This document shows positions 36,429 through 45,395 of a stretch of DNA of 64,000 nt, piece by piece. The stretch is taken from NCBI GenBank assembly GCA_038242155.1, contig JBBSSM010000011.1:623-64622 (forward strand). Direction: 5' to 3'. How positions within the stretch are numbered: the first letter of the stretch is position 1; the number at the start of each line of letters is the position of its first letter. The notes below the pieces were generated by a model, which saw only the letters and a program-made list of their open reading frames with translations, ran no database searches and had not been told where the DNA came from. Made by a program: the position numbers and the translations under genes. This DNA comes from Actinomycetales bacterium. GTDB lineage: Bacteria > Actinomycetota > Actinomycetes > Actinomycetales > Micrococcaceae.

Positions 36429-38177
36429 ATGGCCAAGGAACTTGCCAGTCAGCTTATTGAACAATTGCAAGCTGCCGGAGTGCGGCGCATTTACGGGATT
36501 GTGGGAGACAGCCTGAACCCGCTCGTGGATGCAGTACGGAAGACAGGCGGCTCCGCCAAAGGCGGGATCGACTGGATTCACGTCCGCCATGAGGAGGCTG
36601 CGGCCTTTGCGGCGGGAGCGGAAGCGCAATTGACGGGGGAGCTGGCCGTCTGTGCTGGTTCCTGTGGCCCGGGAAATCTGCACTTGATGAACGGCCTCTA
36701 CGATGCCAATCGAACGGGTGCTCCCGTGCTGGCCATTGCCTCCCATATCCCCAGTGCACAAATTGGCAGTGGATTTTTTCAGGAGACCCACCCGGACAGG
36801 ATGTTTAACGAGTGCTCCGTGTATTCGGAGATGATCAGCACCGCGGAACAGGCGCCCCGCGTGATGCACAGTGCCATCTCGCATGCCGTGGGCTTGAATG
36901 GTGTGGCTGTGGTGACCTTGCCCGGTGACATTGCCAGCCTGTCCGCCAGCGCACCGACCCCGCAGTGGAGCCGTTCCAAACCAGCATCCCGCGTGCCTGC
37001 CCCCGAGAGCGTTGCCCAACTGGCCGAGGCCGTCAACGCTGCCGGCAAGGTGGCTATCTTTGCCGGCATAGGTGTGCAGGGCGCCCATGATGAGGTCGTT
37101 GCCCTGGCGAAGCTGCTCAAGGCTCCGGTGGGCCACAGCCTGCGCGGCAAGGACTTCATTCAGTACAACAACCCCTACGACATTGGCATGACGGGACTTC
37201 TGGGCTATGGTGCTGCGGCCGAAGGCATTGCCGACGCCGACCTGTTGATTTTGCTGGGCACTGATTTTCCCTACGAGCAATTTTTACCTGACACCCGCAC
37301 AGCTCAGGTGGACCGCGACCCGGCGCATTTGGGGCGCCGCACCGATGTGGACGTTGCCGTGCAAGGGGATGTGTTGCCCACGCTGCAAGCGCTGATGCCG
37401 CTGCTGGTGGAGAAAAAGAGCACCAGGTTCTTGAACCAAATGCTTAAAAAACACGACAAGCTCATGAACAAGTCCGTGGGTGCCTATACCCGCAAGGCCG
37501 ACAAACTGGTGCCCATCCACCCGGAGTATGCCGCGTCCTTGCTCGATGAGATTGCCGATAAAGACGCGATCTTCACTGCCGACACCGGCATGTGCAATGT
37601 GTGGACTGCCCGCTACATCAACCCCCTGGGCACCCGGCGGCTCATTGGTTCTTATCTTCACGGGTCCATGGCCAATGCCTTGCCGCAGGCCATTGGTGCC
37701 CAAGCGGCCTTCCCCGGGCGGCAGGTCATTTCCGTCTCCGGCGATGGCGGCCTATCCATGTTGCTCGGTGAACTTATCACCGCAGCAGCTCAGCAACTCC
37801 CTGTTAAGGTTGTGGTTTTCAATAACTCCAGCCTGGGCATGGTGAAACTGGAAATGCTGGTCGATGGGCTGCAGGACTTTGCCGTGGACGTTCCGGATGT
37901 GAACTATGCAGCCATTGCCGCGGCCATGGGTTTTCATGCAGTGCGGGTCAGCGATCCGGCATTCATTGCCGACGCTTACCGGGCGGCCTTTGCCCACCCA
38001 GGTCCAGCTTTGGTCGAGCTCATCACTGATTCCCAGGCGCTGTCCATTCCGCCCAAAATCAAGGGCGGACAAGTGGTTGGTTTTGCCTCCGCCATGTCCA
38101 AAATCGTGTTGAACAAGGGTGCTGGGGAAGCCGTCAGCATGGCCCGTTCCAACCTGCGCAATATCCCCCGGGGCTAA
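36429..38177 (+). CDS. poxB: Pyruvate dehydrogenase (quinone)/pyruvate oxidase, ThDP-dependent (PoxB-like)
   Basis: RIYGIVGDSLNP...CAGSCGPGNLHLMNGLYDA (ThDP pyrimidine-binding domain) and SGDGGLSMLLGE (ThDP motif). ATG at 36429. Confidence 0.85.
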   Translation: MAKELASQLIEQLQAAGVRRIYGIVGDSLNPLVDAVRKTGGSAKGGIDWIHVRHEEAAAFAAGAEAQLTGELAVCAGSCGPGNLHLMNGLYDANRTGAPVLAIASHIPSAQIGSGFFQETHPDRMFNECSVYSEMISTAEQAPRVMHSAISHAVGLNGVAVVTLPGDIASLSASAPTPQWSRSKPASRVPAPESVAQLAEAVNAAGKVAIFAGIGVQGAHDEVVALAKLLKAPVGHSLRGKDFIQYNNPYDIGMTGLLGYGAAAEGIADADLLILLGTDFPYEQFLPDTRTAQVDRDPAHLGRRTDVDVAVQGDVLPTLQALMPLLVEKKSTRFLNQMLKKHDKLMNKSVGAYTRKADKLVPIHPEYAASLLDEIADKDAIFTADTGMCNVWTARYINPLGTRRLIGSYLHGSMANALPQAIGAQAAFPGRQVISVSGDGGLSMLLGELITAAAQQLPVKVVVFNNSSLGMVKLEMLVDGLQDFAVDVPDVNYAAIAAAMGFHAVRVSDPAFIADAYRAAFAHPGPALVELITDSQALSIPPKIKGGQVVGFASAMSKIVLNKGAGEAVSMARSNLRNIPRG

Positions 38178-38187
38178 GTGGGGTGTA

Positions 38188-39198
38188 TTAGACGTTGCTG
38201 AGTGCCGCCGTCAGTGCCGCCGTCAGCACTACAAAGGGCAGACACAGGAAGGCATGCAGCTTCCTGTGCTCGACCAAGATGGCGGCAAACTCACGCAGGA
38301 AAGCACTGGGCAAAAAGTATCCGGCTGTCGGGGAACCCACCACATCGGCAACTATTCCCAGCTTGCGGGCAAGCAGCGCTGCGCGGAGGGCATGGTAGTT
38401 ATTGGTCACCACCAGCAAGGGACTGCCGCGGCCTTGGTCCAGGGCCAAGGCCGTGGAGAACTGCAGGTTTTGAGCCGTGTTCACCGCACGCTCCTCCGCC
38501 ACCACGTCGCCGGCGGAGGCCCCGGCGTCGAGCAGATACTGTGCCATGGCTGCGCCTTCAGAACGCAGTTCATCTGCTCCCTGCCCGCCGGAAGGGATCA
38601 ACAAGGGTGCGTTCCCTGCTGGGGACTGCCGGTAAAGTTCCAAGCCCTTGTCCAGGCGCGAGCGCAGCAGCGGCGTCACCTCGCCGCCAATGATTTGCGT
38701 GCCCAGAATGATCACGGCGGCCGGGGCGGTTGGGTGTTTCATGCGCTCGTAGGCCACTGCGTAAACCAAAAAAATGATAAACACCACGCCAAAATAACTG
38801 CACAGGAGAAAGAGCAGGGCTGCCAGGCCCACCGCCACGGGATGCAGCGTGCCCACCAGCAGCAGGGCCAGCACAGGCAATCCCAGGATGGCCAAACCGG
38901 CCAGAAGGGACAGGAGATTAGCCATGCTGCGTCCTTCCCGTCGGAGCATGCGGGCACCGTTGGCAATGAGAAAGGCAGCCAACACCAAAACCGCCAGGGG
39001 CGTCAACGCCAGCAGGACAAGGGTGATCCACCGCATCCATGGAAACCACTGGCTCAAAACCTCGGCACTTCCAGCGACAGCGCAGGCTGCAGCGGCCACA
39101 AACACCAGCCCGTTACGCAGCATCCGGGGATCCCGGCGGCGCAACAGCACAAAAATGACACTTAAAACTGTTGCCAAGACTAAAAATGTCATGAACAC
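38188..39198 (-). CDS. Membrane protein with a DUF218 (YdcF/ElyC-like) domain
   Basis: N-terminal transmembrane helices, then IILGTQIIGGEVTPLLRSRLDKG...LLIPSGGQG...EERAVNTAQNL...VVTNNYHALRA, typical of DUF218. Confidence 0.8.
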   Translation of the reverse strand: MFMTFLVLATVLSVIFVLLRRRDPRMLRNGLVFVAAAACAVAGSAEVLSQWFPWMRWITLVLLALTPLAVLVLAAFLIANGARMLRREGRSMANLLSLLAGLAILGLPVLALLLVGTLHPVAVGLAALLFLLCSYFGVVFIIFLVYAVAYERMKHPTAPAAVIILGTQIIGGEVTPLLRSRLDKGLELYRQSPAGNAPLLIPSGGQGADELRSEGAAMAQYLLDAGASAGDVVAEERAVNTAQNLQFSTALALDQGRGSPLLVVTNNYHALRAALLARKLGIVADVVGSPTAGYFLPSAFLREFAAILVEHRKLHAFLCLPFVVLTAALTAALSNV

Positions 39199-39292
39199 AG
39201 CTTAAATGTTTACCCCCGGCAGTCACACCAAACCAGAACAAAAATGTGACCTTGGCGGCCAGGGCGGGACAGTTGGGACGAAATAAGGAACA

Positions 39293-40561
39293 ATGGAAAG
39301 GATGAGTCCTCCCAAAAACACCCTCAGCCCTGCTGTCGCCGAAACTCCGGCGGCAGCCCCACAGACACGCCCTGCCCGCCGTGCGGCCCAGGTCATGCCT
39401 GCCACCGAGGGATGGAAGCAGGCCAAGGACCCGGGAGGGCGGCCGCTGCTGCAGTTCAAGTCCCCCCGCGTCTCCCAGCCGCCCGTGCATTTGGCTGACC
39501 TGACCCTGGCGGAGCGTGAGGCGAAGTTCAAGGAGATGGGCCTGCCGGCCTTCCGGGCCAAGCAACTCTCGGTACATTACTTCCAGCACTACACCACCGA
39601 TCCCGAGCGCATGAGCGACCTGCCCAAGGACCGCCGGGCCGAGATCACCGCGACCATGTTCCCGAAGCTGCTGACCGAGATCAAGCGGCTCACCACTGAC
39701 AACGGCGACACCATTAAGTTCCTGTGGCGTCTCTTTGACGGCTCCCTCGTGGAATCCGTGCTCATGCGCTACCCGGGCCGCGTCACCCTCTGCGTGTCCT
39801 CCCAGTGCGGCTGCGGCATGAACTGCCCCTTCTGCGCCACGGGTCAGGCCGGACTGACCCGCAACATGTCCACGGCGGAAATCCTTGACCAAATTGTTCA
39901 GGCCAACCGGGTCATTGCCGAGGGCGGTCTGGGGAACCTGCGCCGTGACGGCGGGCACGACGCCGAGCGCGTCACCAACATTGTCTTCATGGGCATGGGT
40001 GAACCGCTGGCCAACTACAAGCGCGTCATGAACGCCGTGCACCGCATGATCGCCGAGGCGCCCGAGGGTCTGGGCATGAGTGCCCGCGGCATCACCGTCT
40101 CCACCGTGGGTCTGGTGCCGGCCATCAACAAGCTGGCCGAAGAAGGCATTGCCATCACGTTCGCCCTGTCCCTGCACGCCCCCGACGACGAGCTCCGCGA
40201 CGAACTGATCCCCGTCAATGACAAGTGGAAGGTAGATGACGCCCTCGACGCCGCGTACAACTACTACAAGGTCACGGGCCGCCGCGTGTCCATTGAGTAC
40301 GCATTGATCAAGGACATGAACGACCACCCGTGGCGCGCCGAGCTGCTCGCGAAGAAACTCAACCAGCGCGGCCGCGGCTGGGTTCACGTGAACCCGATCC
40401 CGTTGAACCCCACCCCCGGTTCCATTTGGACCTCCTCGGAGCCGGCTGTGATGCAGGAATTTATTGACACGCTCATTGACCATGGCGTGCCCACTACGCT
40501 GCGCGATACCCGCGGCAAGGAAATTGATGGAGCGTGCGGCCAGCTCGCGGCCACCGAATAG
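39293..40561 (+). CDS. rlmN: 23S rRNA/tRNA (adenine-C2)-methyltransferase RlmN (radical SAM)
   Basis: [18 protein letters not shown] radical-SAM cluster motif, and [12 protein letters not shown] near the C-terminus. The start may be the second ATG at 39302. Confidence 0.92.
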   Translation: MERMSPPKNTLSPAVAETPAAAPQTRPARRAAQVMPATEGWKQAKDPGGRPLLQFKSPRVSQPPVHLADLTLAEREAKFKEMGLPAFRAKQLSVHYFQHYTTDPERMSDLPKDRRAEITATMFPKLLTEIKRLTTDNGDTIKFLWRLFDGSLVESVLMRYPGRVTLCVSSQCGCGMNCPFCATGQAGLTRNMSTAEILDQIVQANRVIAEGGLGNLRRDGGHDAERVTNIVFMGMGEPLANYKRVMNAVHRMIAEAPEGLGMSARGITVSTVGLVPAINKLAEEGIAITFALSLHAPDDELRDELIPVNDKWKVDDALDAAYNYYKVTGRRVSIEYALIKDMNDHPWRAELLAKKLNQRGRGWVHVNPIPLNPTPGSIWTSSEPAVMQEFIDTLIDHGVPTTLRDTRGKEIDGACGQLAATE

Positions 40562-40570
40562 AGCTGGTGG

Positions 40571-41227
40571 CTAGGCGATTTTTGCGCGGGTGACATAGGC
40601 GGTGGTGGAGCCAGGGGCAATTTCAGTGCGCCCGGCATCCCGGATGACGGGTCCTGCGGATTTGCGGGCTCCCTTGCGGAACTCCTTGGCAGGCAGCTCA
40701 GCAACACTTAGCGGATAATCAGCGGCCATCCAGGTCTCCACCACTGCGGGCTGGGACTCCAGCGCCCAGGCAAACAATGCATGCGCAGCTTGGGCGCTGG
40801 CCTTGCCCGTGGACATTTCCAGGCTTGCATTGAGAACAATTGTCAGAGACTGCGCCGCCAGGGGAGTGCCCTCTGGCAGCTGCGTGCCCGAGACCTGCAA
40901 TTTCGCCAGCAACTTGGGCAAATCGTCCGCGGGCATTGGCGGCAAGCCAACAGCGCTGCCTTCCCCCACCTTGGCTAACGCATGGTGGGGGAAGGTGGCA
41001 AGCACCTTGGCGAACATTTTGGCGTCGGCTCGCCGGACGGACTTTGCAAACGCACCGGCGGCCCAATACTCCCAGTCGGGGTTCCTCTGGTCCTGCAAAA
41101 AGGCTTGAACGGAGGCCAGCGCGGCTGCCGCAATGCCATGGTGTTCGCTGGCTGGTTCTTCACGATCCACCAATAAAATAATGGGCTGGACCAGTTCTCC
41201 GACATGACGTTGCTCTAATTCACTCAC
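40571..41227 (-). CDS. PTH2-family (peptidyl-tRNA hydrolase 2-like) protein, apparently two tandem PTH2-like halves
   Basis: The C-terminal half has MSTGKASAQAAHA...VIRDAGRTEIAPGSTTAYV, matching the PTH2 GKxxAQxxHA and DAG.T.I..GS.T motifs. The N-terminal half is a weaker echo of the same layout. Confidence 0.6.
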   Translation of the reverse strand: MSELEQRHVGELVQPIILLVDREEPASEHHGIAAAALASVQAFLQDQRNPDWEYWAAGAFAKSVRRADAKMFAKVLATFPHHALAKVGEGSAVGLPPMPADDLPKLLAKLQVSGTQLPEGTPLAAQSLTIVLNASLEMSTGKASAQAAHALFAWALESQPAVVETWMAADYPLSVAELPAKEFRKGARKSAGPVIRDAGRTEIAPGSTTAYVTRAKIA

Positions 41228-41667
41228 TCATCAAGGGTAGAGGCATAGAGCGGCGTTTGCAGGGCGGGAATGCGGTCGCGGTCGTAGGTGATGGTGCTGA
41301 AGCCGTGCGGTTCGGGGTCACCGGTAGGACCTAGATTAACAAAAACAATTTTCTCGATCGTCAGGATGGACTCGCGGGTAAACATATTCCGTACCTCGGC
41401 GCGCATGGTCAGCGAGGTCCGGCCAAAATGCGTTGCGGTCAATCCCATTTCAATGAGGTCACCCAAAACTGCGGAGGAGGCAAAGTTGATTTCGGACATG
41501 TACTTGGTCACAACGCGGCGGTTGCCCAGCTGAACAATGGCGTAAATGGCCGCTTCCTCATCGATCCACCGCAACAAACTGCCACCGAAAAGCGTGTCGT
41601 TGGCGTTGAGGTCTTCGGGGCGGACCCACTTGCGGGTGTGAAAGGTAATGCCGCGGTTGTTGTCCAT
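41224..41667 (-). CDS. Acyl-CoA thioesterase (hotdog fold, YciA-like)
   Basis: RPEDLNANDTLFGGSLLRWIDEEAAIYA and TSLTMRAEVR are typical of this family. ATG at 41667 is preferred; the track start at 41754 is a TTG inside a tandem repeat. Confidence 0.82.
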   Translation of the reverse strand: MDNNRGITFHTRKWVRPEDLNANDTLFGGSLLRWIDEEAAIYAIVQLGNRRVVTKYMSEINFASSAVLGDLIEMGLTATHFGRTSLTMRAEVRNMFTRESILTIEKIVFVNLGPTGDPEPHGFSTITYDRDRIPALQTPLYASTLDE

Positions 41668-41739
41668 AACTGCCAATGTATCGCTCAACGGGTCACGCGG
41701 CGGTGGTTTTGTGGAAAAAAACACAGTCCGCGCTTTTTG

Positions 41740-41768
41740 CCACGCGGCACCCAACCACGCGGCACCCA
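41740..41768. repeat. 15-bp tandem direct repeat, two copies
   Basis: CCACGCGGCACCCA occurs at 41740-41753 and 41755-41768, separated by one A. It lies in the purB-thioesterase spacer. Confidence 0.85.
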
Positions 41769-41832
41769 GGGCAGCGCGGGATGCGCAACTCTGGGTGCCG
41801 GCGTCGTCCGTGTCCTTGGAACGGACGGGAAA

Positions 41833-43275
41833 TTACTTTTGCAGGTGATCCACCAGGGATTCGGCAATGCCAATGTATTTGCCGGGGGTGAGATCCAGCA
41901 GGCGTGACTGGGCGTCGGCTGACAGGCCCAGGCCGGAGACGAACTCCTGCATGCGGAGGGCATCGACGCGGTGGCCACGGGTCAGGTCCTTGAGCCGCTC
42001 GTAGGGGTCCTCCATGCCGTCCACGCCGGCAATGGCCTCGGCGCGCATGACCATCTGGATGGCTTCGGCAAGGACCTCCCAGTTGTGGTCAAGATCGTCA
42101 GCCAGGACCGCTTCCGCCGTATCCAGGCGGCCCAGGCCGCCGAGGGCATTGTTGATGGCCAGCAGGGAGTGGCCAAACGCCACGCCAATATTGCGCTGGC
42201 TGGAGGAATCGGTCAAATCCCGCTGCCAGCGGCTGGTCACCAGCGTTGCAGCCAGGGTATCTAGGAGGGCATTGGAGATTTCCACATTGGCCTCGGCATT
42301 TTCAAAACGGATCGGGTTGACCTTGTGCGGCATGGTGGAGGATCCGGTAGCGCCGGGGACCGGGATCTGCACGAAGTAGCCAATGGAAATGTAGCTCCAC
42401 ACATCGGTGCATAAATTATGCAGTATGCGGTTGAAGCGGGCCATGTCCGCGTACAGCTCGGCCTGCCAGTCGTGGGATTCAATTTGGGTGGTCAGCGGGT
42501 TCCACGTCAGGCCCAGCGACTGCACAAAGGTCTTCGCGACGTCCTGCCAGTCTGCGGCGGGGACGGAGGCATAGTGTGCGGCATAGGTTCCGGTGGCGCC
42601 GTTGATCTTGCCGAGGAATTCGGTGCGGGCAATGCGGTCCAGCTGGCGGGTCAGGCGGTGTGCCGTGACGGCCAGCTCCTTGCCCAGGGTCGTGGGCGTG
42701 GCTGGCTGGCCGTGGGTGCGCGAGAGCATTGGCACGGCGCGGTTCTGCTCGGCCATGTCAGCGATCTTGGCCACGAGCGCGCGCGCAGCAGGCAGCCACA
42801 CATCCTCCACGGCACCCTTGATGCCGACGGCGTAGGAGAGGTTGTTAATGTCCTCACTGGTGCAGCCAAAATGGACCAGGGGTTTGAGCCGCTCCAGACC
42901 CAGGGCGGCCAGACGGTTGCCAATGAAGTACTCCACGGCCTTGACGTCATGAACCGTGACCTTTTCAATGTCTGCCAGTTCCTGCACGGCTGCTGCATCA
43001 AACTCGGTGACGATGGTCCGCAAACCTGCCTGCTGCTCAGTTGTCAGCGGCTCCGTCCCCGGCAGCACGCAGTTGTTGGTCAAGTGAATGAACCATTCAA
43101 CTTCCACACCCACCCGGTCCCTGTTCAGGGCCGCCTCGGACAGGTAATCAACCAGCGGTGCCACTGCCCCGAAGTAGCGCCCGTCAAGGGGGCTCAACGC
43201 AATGTGCTCAGAGGAGGCTGCCAAGGAGACGCGGCCGGACGGAATGCGGGCTGTGGATTTTGCAAAATCAGACAT
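41833..43275 (-). CDS. purB: Adenylosuccinate lyase
   Basis: 480 aa with the fumarate-lyase signature GSSTMPHKVNPIRFENAE. Confidence 0.93.
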   Translation of the reverse strand: MSDFAKSTARIPSGRVSLAASSEHIALSPLDGRYFGAVAPLVDYLSEAALNRDRVGVEVEWFIHLTNNCVLPGTEPLTTEQQAGLRTIVTEFDAAAVQELADIEKVTVHDVKAVEYFIGNRLAALGLERLKPLVHFGCTSEDINNLSYAVGIKGAVEDVWLPAARALVAKIADMAEQNRAVPMLSRTHGQPATPTTLGKELAVTAHRLTRQLDRIARTEFLGKINGATGTYAAHYASVPAADWQDVAKTFVQSLGLTWNPLTTQIESHDWQAELYADMARFNRILHNLCTDVWSYISIGYFVQIPVPGATGSSTMPHKVNPIRFENAEANVEISNALLDTLAATLVTSRWQRDLTDSSSQRNIGVAFGHSLLAINNALGGLGRLDTAEAVLADDLDHNWEVLAEAIQMVMRAEAIAGVDGMEDPYERLKDLTRGHRVDALRMQEFVSGLGLSADAQSRLLDLTPGKYIGIAESLVDHLQK

Positions 43276-43413
43276 GCCGCAATTCTTTCATGAACCGCCC
43301 ATTCCTCCACAGCTGGGACCACGAGCTGGTCGGCGCACATTTATGGTGACGGCGGTGGTGGCACAGCAGGGGTTTTTCTACGCTGGAAGCAACGGGGGCT
43401 TCAAGGGAGCACA

Positions 43414-43749
43414 ATGGACTTTCCACGGAGAAATGCAGCGGAATTTACCTTCGGAACAGGAACGACGGCGGGACCGTCGCCTGAGGCGGTGGCGGTGGTG
43501 GCGCAACGTTTGCTGGAAGTGGCCACTGAACTACAAGCCCTACGCAGCCGCTTGGATACGTGGTTCACGGTGGATTGGAGTTCCCTGGCGGCCACGGCCT
43601 TTCGGCAGGACCTGGCTCAACGGGAGCTGGATATTGCCGGCGCTGGACGCAGCATTGAGGACGCAGCCGGGGCAGTGCGCAGATATGGCGTTTTATTGGC
43701 TGCGCAGGAACTGGCTGCGCAGCCGGGCTCCCCGGGAGGCGTGCCCTAA
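43414..43749 (+). CDS. Small helical WXG100-like protein (W-x-S variant)
   Basis: 111 aa, predicted helical, with a central DWSSLAATAF resembling the W-x-G-x-A-A-x-A-F turn of WXG100/EsxA-like proteins. AAGGGAG ribosome-binding site. Its stop overlaps the next start (TAATG). Confidence 0.55.
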   Translation: MDFPRRNAAEFTFGTGTTAGPSPEAVAVVAQRLLEVATELQALRSRLDTWFTVDWSSLAATAFRQDLAQRELDIAGAGRSIEDAAGAVRRYGVLLAAQELAAQPGSPGGVP

Positions 43750-45323
43750 TGGTTGATGACACTTTCGCCGGCAGCAGCAGCGATCCGGGCTTCACCATTG
43801 AAGGCGGGGTCGGATCCATCCACTGGACCATGGCCGAAATTGTGGAAAGTGCTGCGGGGTTGGCCCGGACGGCTCAACTCATGGACCCCTTGCTGGACCG
43901 TCTAAAAGCCGAACGCTTATGGTTGGGCCAGGTGTGTGCTGGAGCCACCACCGTGCCCAGCGGCGTGCTAGATGCCATGGTGCTGGCCGAATGGAGGTGC
44001 GGGGCGGCGCAGACCGGACTGGCCCAATTGGCGCAGCGAGCCGCTCAAGCTGCCGGTAATTATGCAGCCGTCGAGGCCCGCAATGCCCATGCCGCAGCTG
44101 TCCTGAGGCGTTTCGATGCGCTTCAGGGCGGTTTGTTCCTGTGGGCAGCTGGTCCGTTGGGGCCGCTGACGTCGGCAGTGGATTTCTCGCAATGGGTGAG
44201 GCAGGCTCAGCGGGATGGGTTGCGAAACGCCACGGAAGCTGCTCTGCGAGACGGTGGCGCTTTTTTGGCAGGCACCCTGGGTCCCAGCATTGCGTTGATG
44301 TATTTTTTGGTCAATTTGCGGCATGCAAACGCCGCTGATACTGGGCTTAGACCGGCACTTTTTCTACGTAAAACTTTTGACTACACGGCCCTGGCACAAC
44401 CGGGGACGTTATTGGTGCGTCCCGTACCTCCCCGGGAATGGAACCTTAAAAGTTCCGCCGCCAGCCCCGTCATGGCGCCCAACGGTCAGTCCTGGAACAT
44501 TGAGGCCACGTTTAAGTCCATGCTTGAGGGCAGCAACGACGCTTATGCCTACCCGCCAGGATCCATTGGGGTAATCCAGGTGACACGCCCCGATGGCAGC
44601 AGCGTGTGGGTGGTGCACTTGCCCGGCACCGAGGAATGGTCCACAGTGGACGGCAACAATCCCTTCGACATGGAGGGCAACTTAGAAGCCCTCACGGCTG
44701 CTAAGCAGGAACAGTTCAAGCAACAGGAAGTCCTCATTCAAGAGCTGATCAAGGCGGCGCTGCAGGGTGCCGGTGCCTTGCCCGGTCAAGACGTAGTGCT
44801 TACCGGGCATAGTGGCGGAGGTATCCATGCTGCTGCAGCAGCCGCGAGCCCGGCCTTTCTTCAGGAAGTCAATGTCCGCATGATCATCATTGCTGGAGCG
44901 CCGGCGGCAAATGCGGCGGTCGCTAAAGATATTGCCGTTTTGGGTTTGGAAAATGACCAGGACCTGGTCACTGCAGCGGATTTTCATGCCCCGCCCCCGC
45001 ATAAAAGCTGGGTTACCGTTACCTCACACCGCCCTCCCGTGACCGGGGGTTTGCTGGAAGATTTAGAGCAGGCACATTCACTGGAAAATTACCTTTTAGA
45101 TGCCGCCACGCTGGATCAAAGTAATGATCCGGCAGTCAGTGCATCCAAGGAAGAACTAAGGAAGCTCTTGGGTGTGGCGGCGGGAGGTGTGGCGGCCGGT
45201 GGAGTGGTTGGCCGCAAATGGGTGTTCCAAGGCATGGACAACAATAAGGTGGCGCCGCCGCGGGGCCCAACGCGGAATCCAGCACCGGAATCCGGAAAGG
45301 ACTACACCCCCGGCGCCCGCTAA
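43749..45323 (+). CDS. Alpha/beta-hydrolase (lipase-like, GHSGG nucleophile elbow) with a long helical N-terminal domain
   Basis: 524 aa. VVLTGHSGGGIHAAAAA matches the lipase/esterase G-x-S-x-G elbow. The N-terminal ~200 aa are Ala/Leu-rich and helical. No Sec signal peptide is evident. Confidence 0.65.
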   Translation: MVDDTFAGSSSDPGFTIEGGVGSIHWTMAEIVESAAGLARTAQLMDPLLDRLKAERLWLGQVCAGATTVPSGVLDAMVLAEWRCGAAQTGLAQLAQRAAQAAGNYAAVEARNAHAAAVLRRFDALQGGLFLWAAGPLGPLTSAVDFSQWVRQAQRDGLRNATEAALRDGGAFLAGTLGPSIALMYFLVNLRHANAADTGLRPALFLRKTFDYTALAQPGTLLVRPVPPREWNLKSSAASPVMAPNGQSWNIEATFKSMLEGSNDAYAYPPGSIGVIQVTRPDGSSVWVVHLPGTEEWSTVDGNNPFDMEGNLEALTAAKQEQFKQQEVLIQELIKAALQGAGALPGQDVVLTGHSGGGIHAAAAAASPAFLQEVNVRMIIIAGAPAANAAVAKDIAVLGLENDQDLVTAADFHAPPPHKSWVTVTSHRPPVTGGLLEDLEQAHSLENYLLDAATLDQSNDPAVSASKEELRKLLGVAAGGVAAGGVVGRKWVFQGMDNNKVAPPRGPTRNPAPESGKDYTPGAR

Positions 45324-45341
45324 GGGACATCTCGCACCATC

Positions 45342-45395
45342 GCACCCAAAGGTCAGTGGCGGGACATTGCACCCAAAGGTCAGTGGCGGGACTTT
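45342..45395. repeat. 27-bp tandem direct repeat, two copies (26/27 identical)
   Basis: GCACCCAAAGGTCAGTGGCGGGACATT (45342-45368) and GCACCCAAAGGTCAGTGGCGGGACTTT (45369-45395). A partial GGGACAT lies at 45324-45330. Confidence 0.9.

Noticed and set aside
36342-37280. 312-aa minus-strand ORF.
   Set aside because: It is antisense to poxB, with no family features. The long antisense ORFs at 38119-39165, 42418-43293, 22393-23208, 26912-27787 and 6302-6976 are rejected for the same reason.
39113-40483. 456-aa minus-strand ORF.
   Set aside because: It is antisense to rlmN, whose radical-SAM motifs are unambiguous. It has no recognisable motifs and a shadow-ORF composition.
43202-43756. 184-aa plus-strand ORF overlapping the purB start and the WXG-like gene.
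   Set aside because: Arg/Trp-rich nonsense translation. It overlaps purB antisense and is out of frame with the better-supported 111-aa ORF, which has a ribosome-binding site.
45342-45395. Tested the tandem repeats here and at 58097 and 41740 as possible CRISPR arrays.
   Set aside because: Each has only two adjacent copies with no spacers, the units are 15-27 bp, and there are no cas genes. They are simple tandem duplications.
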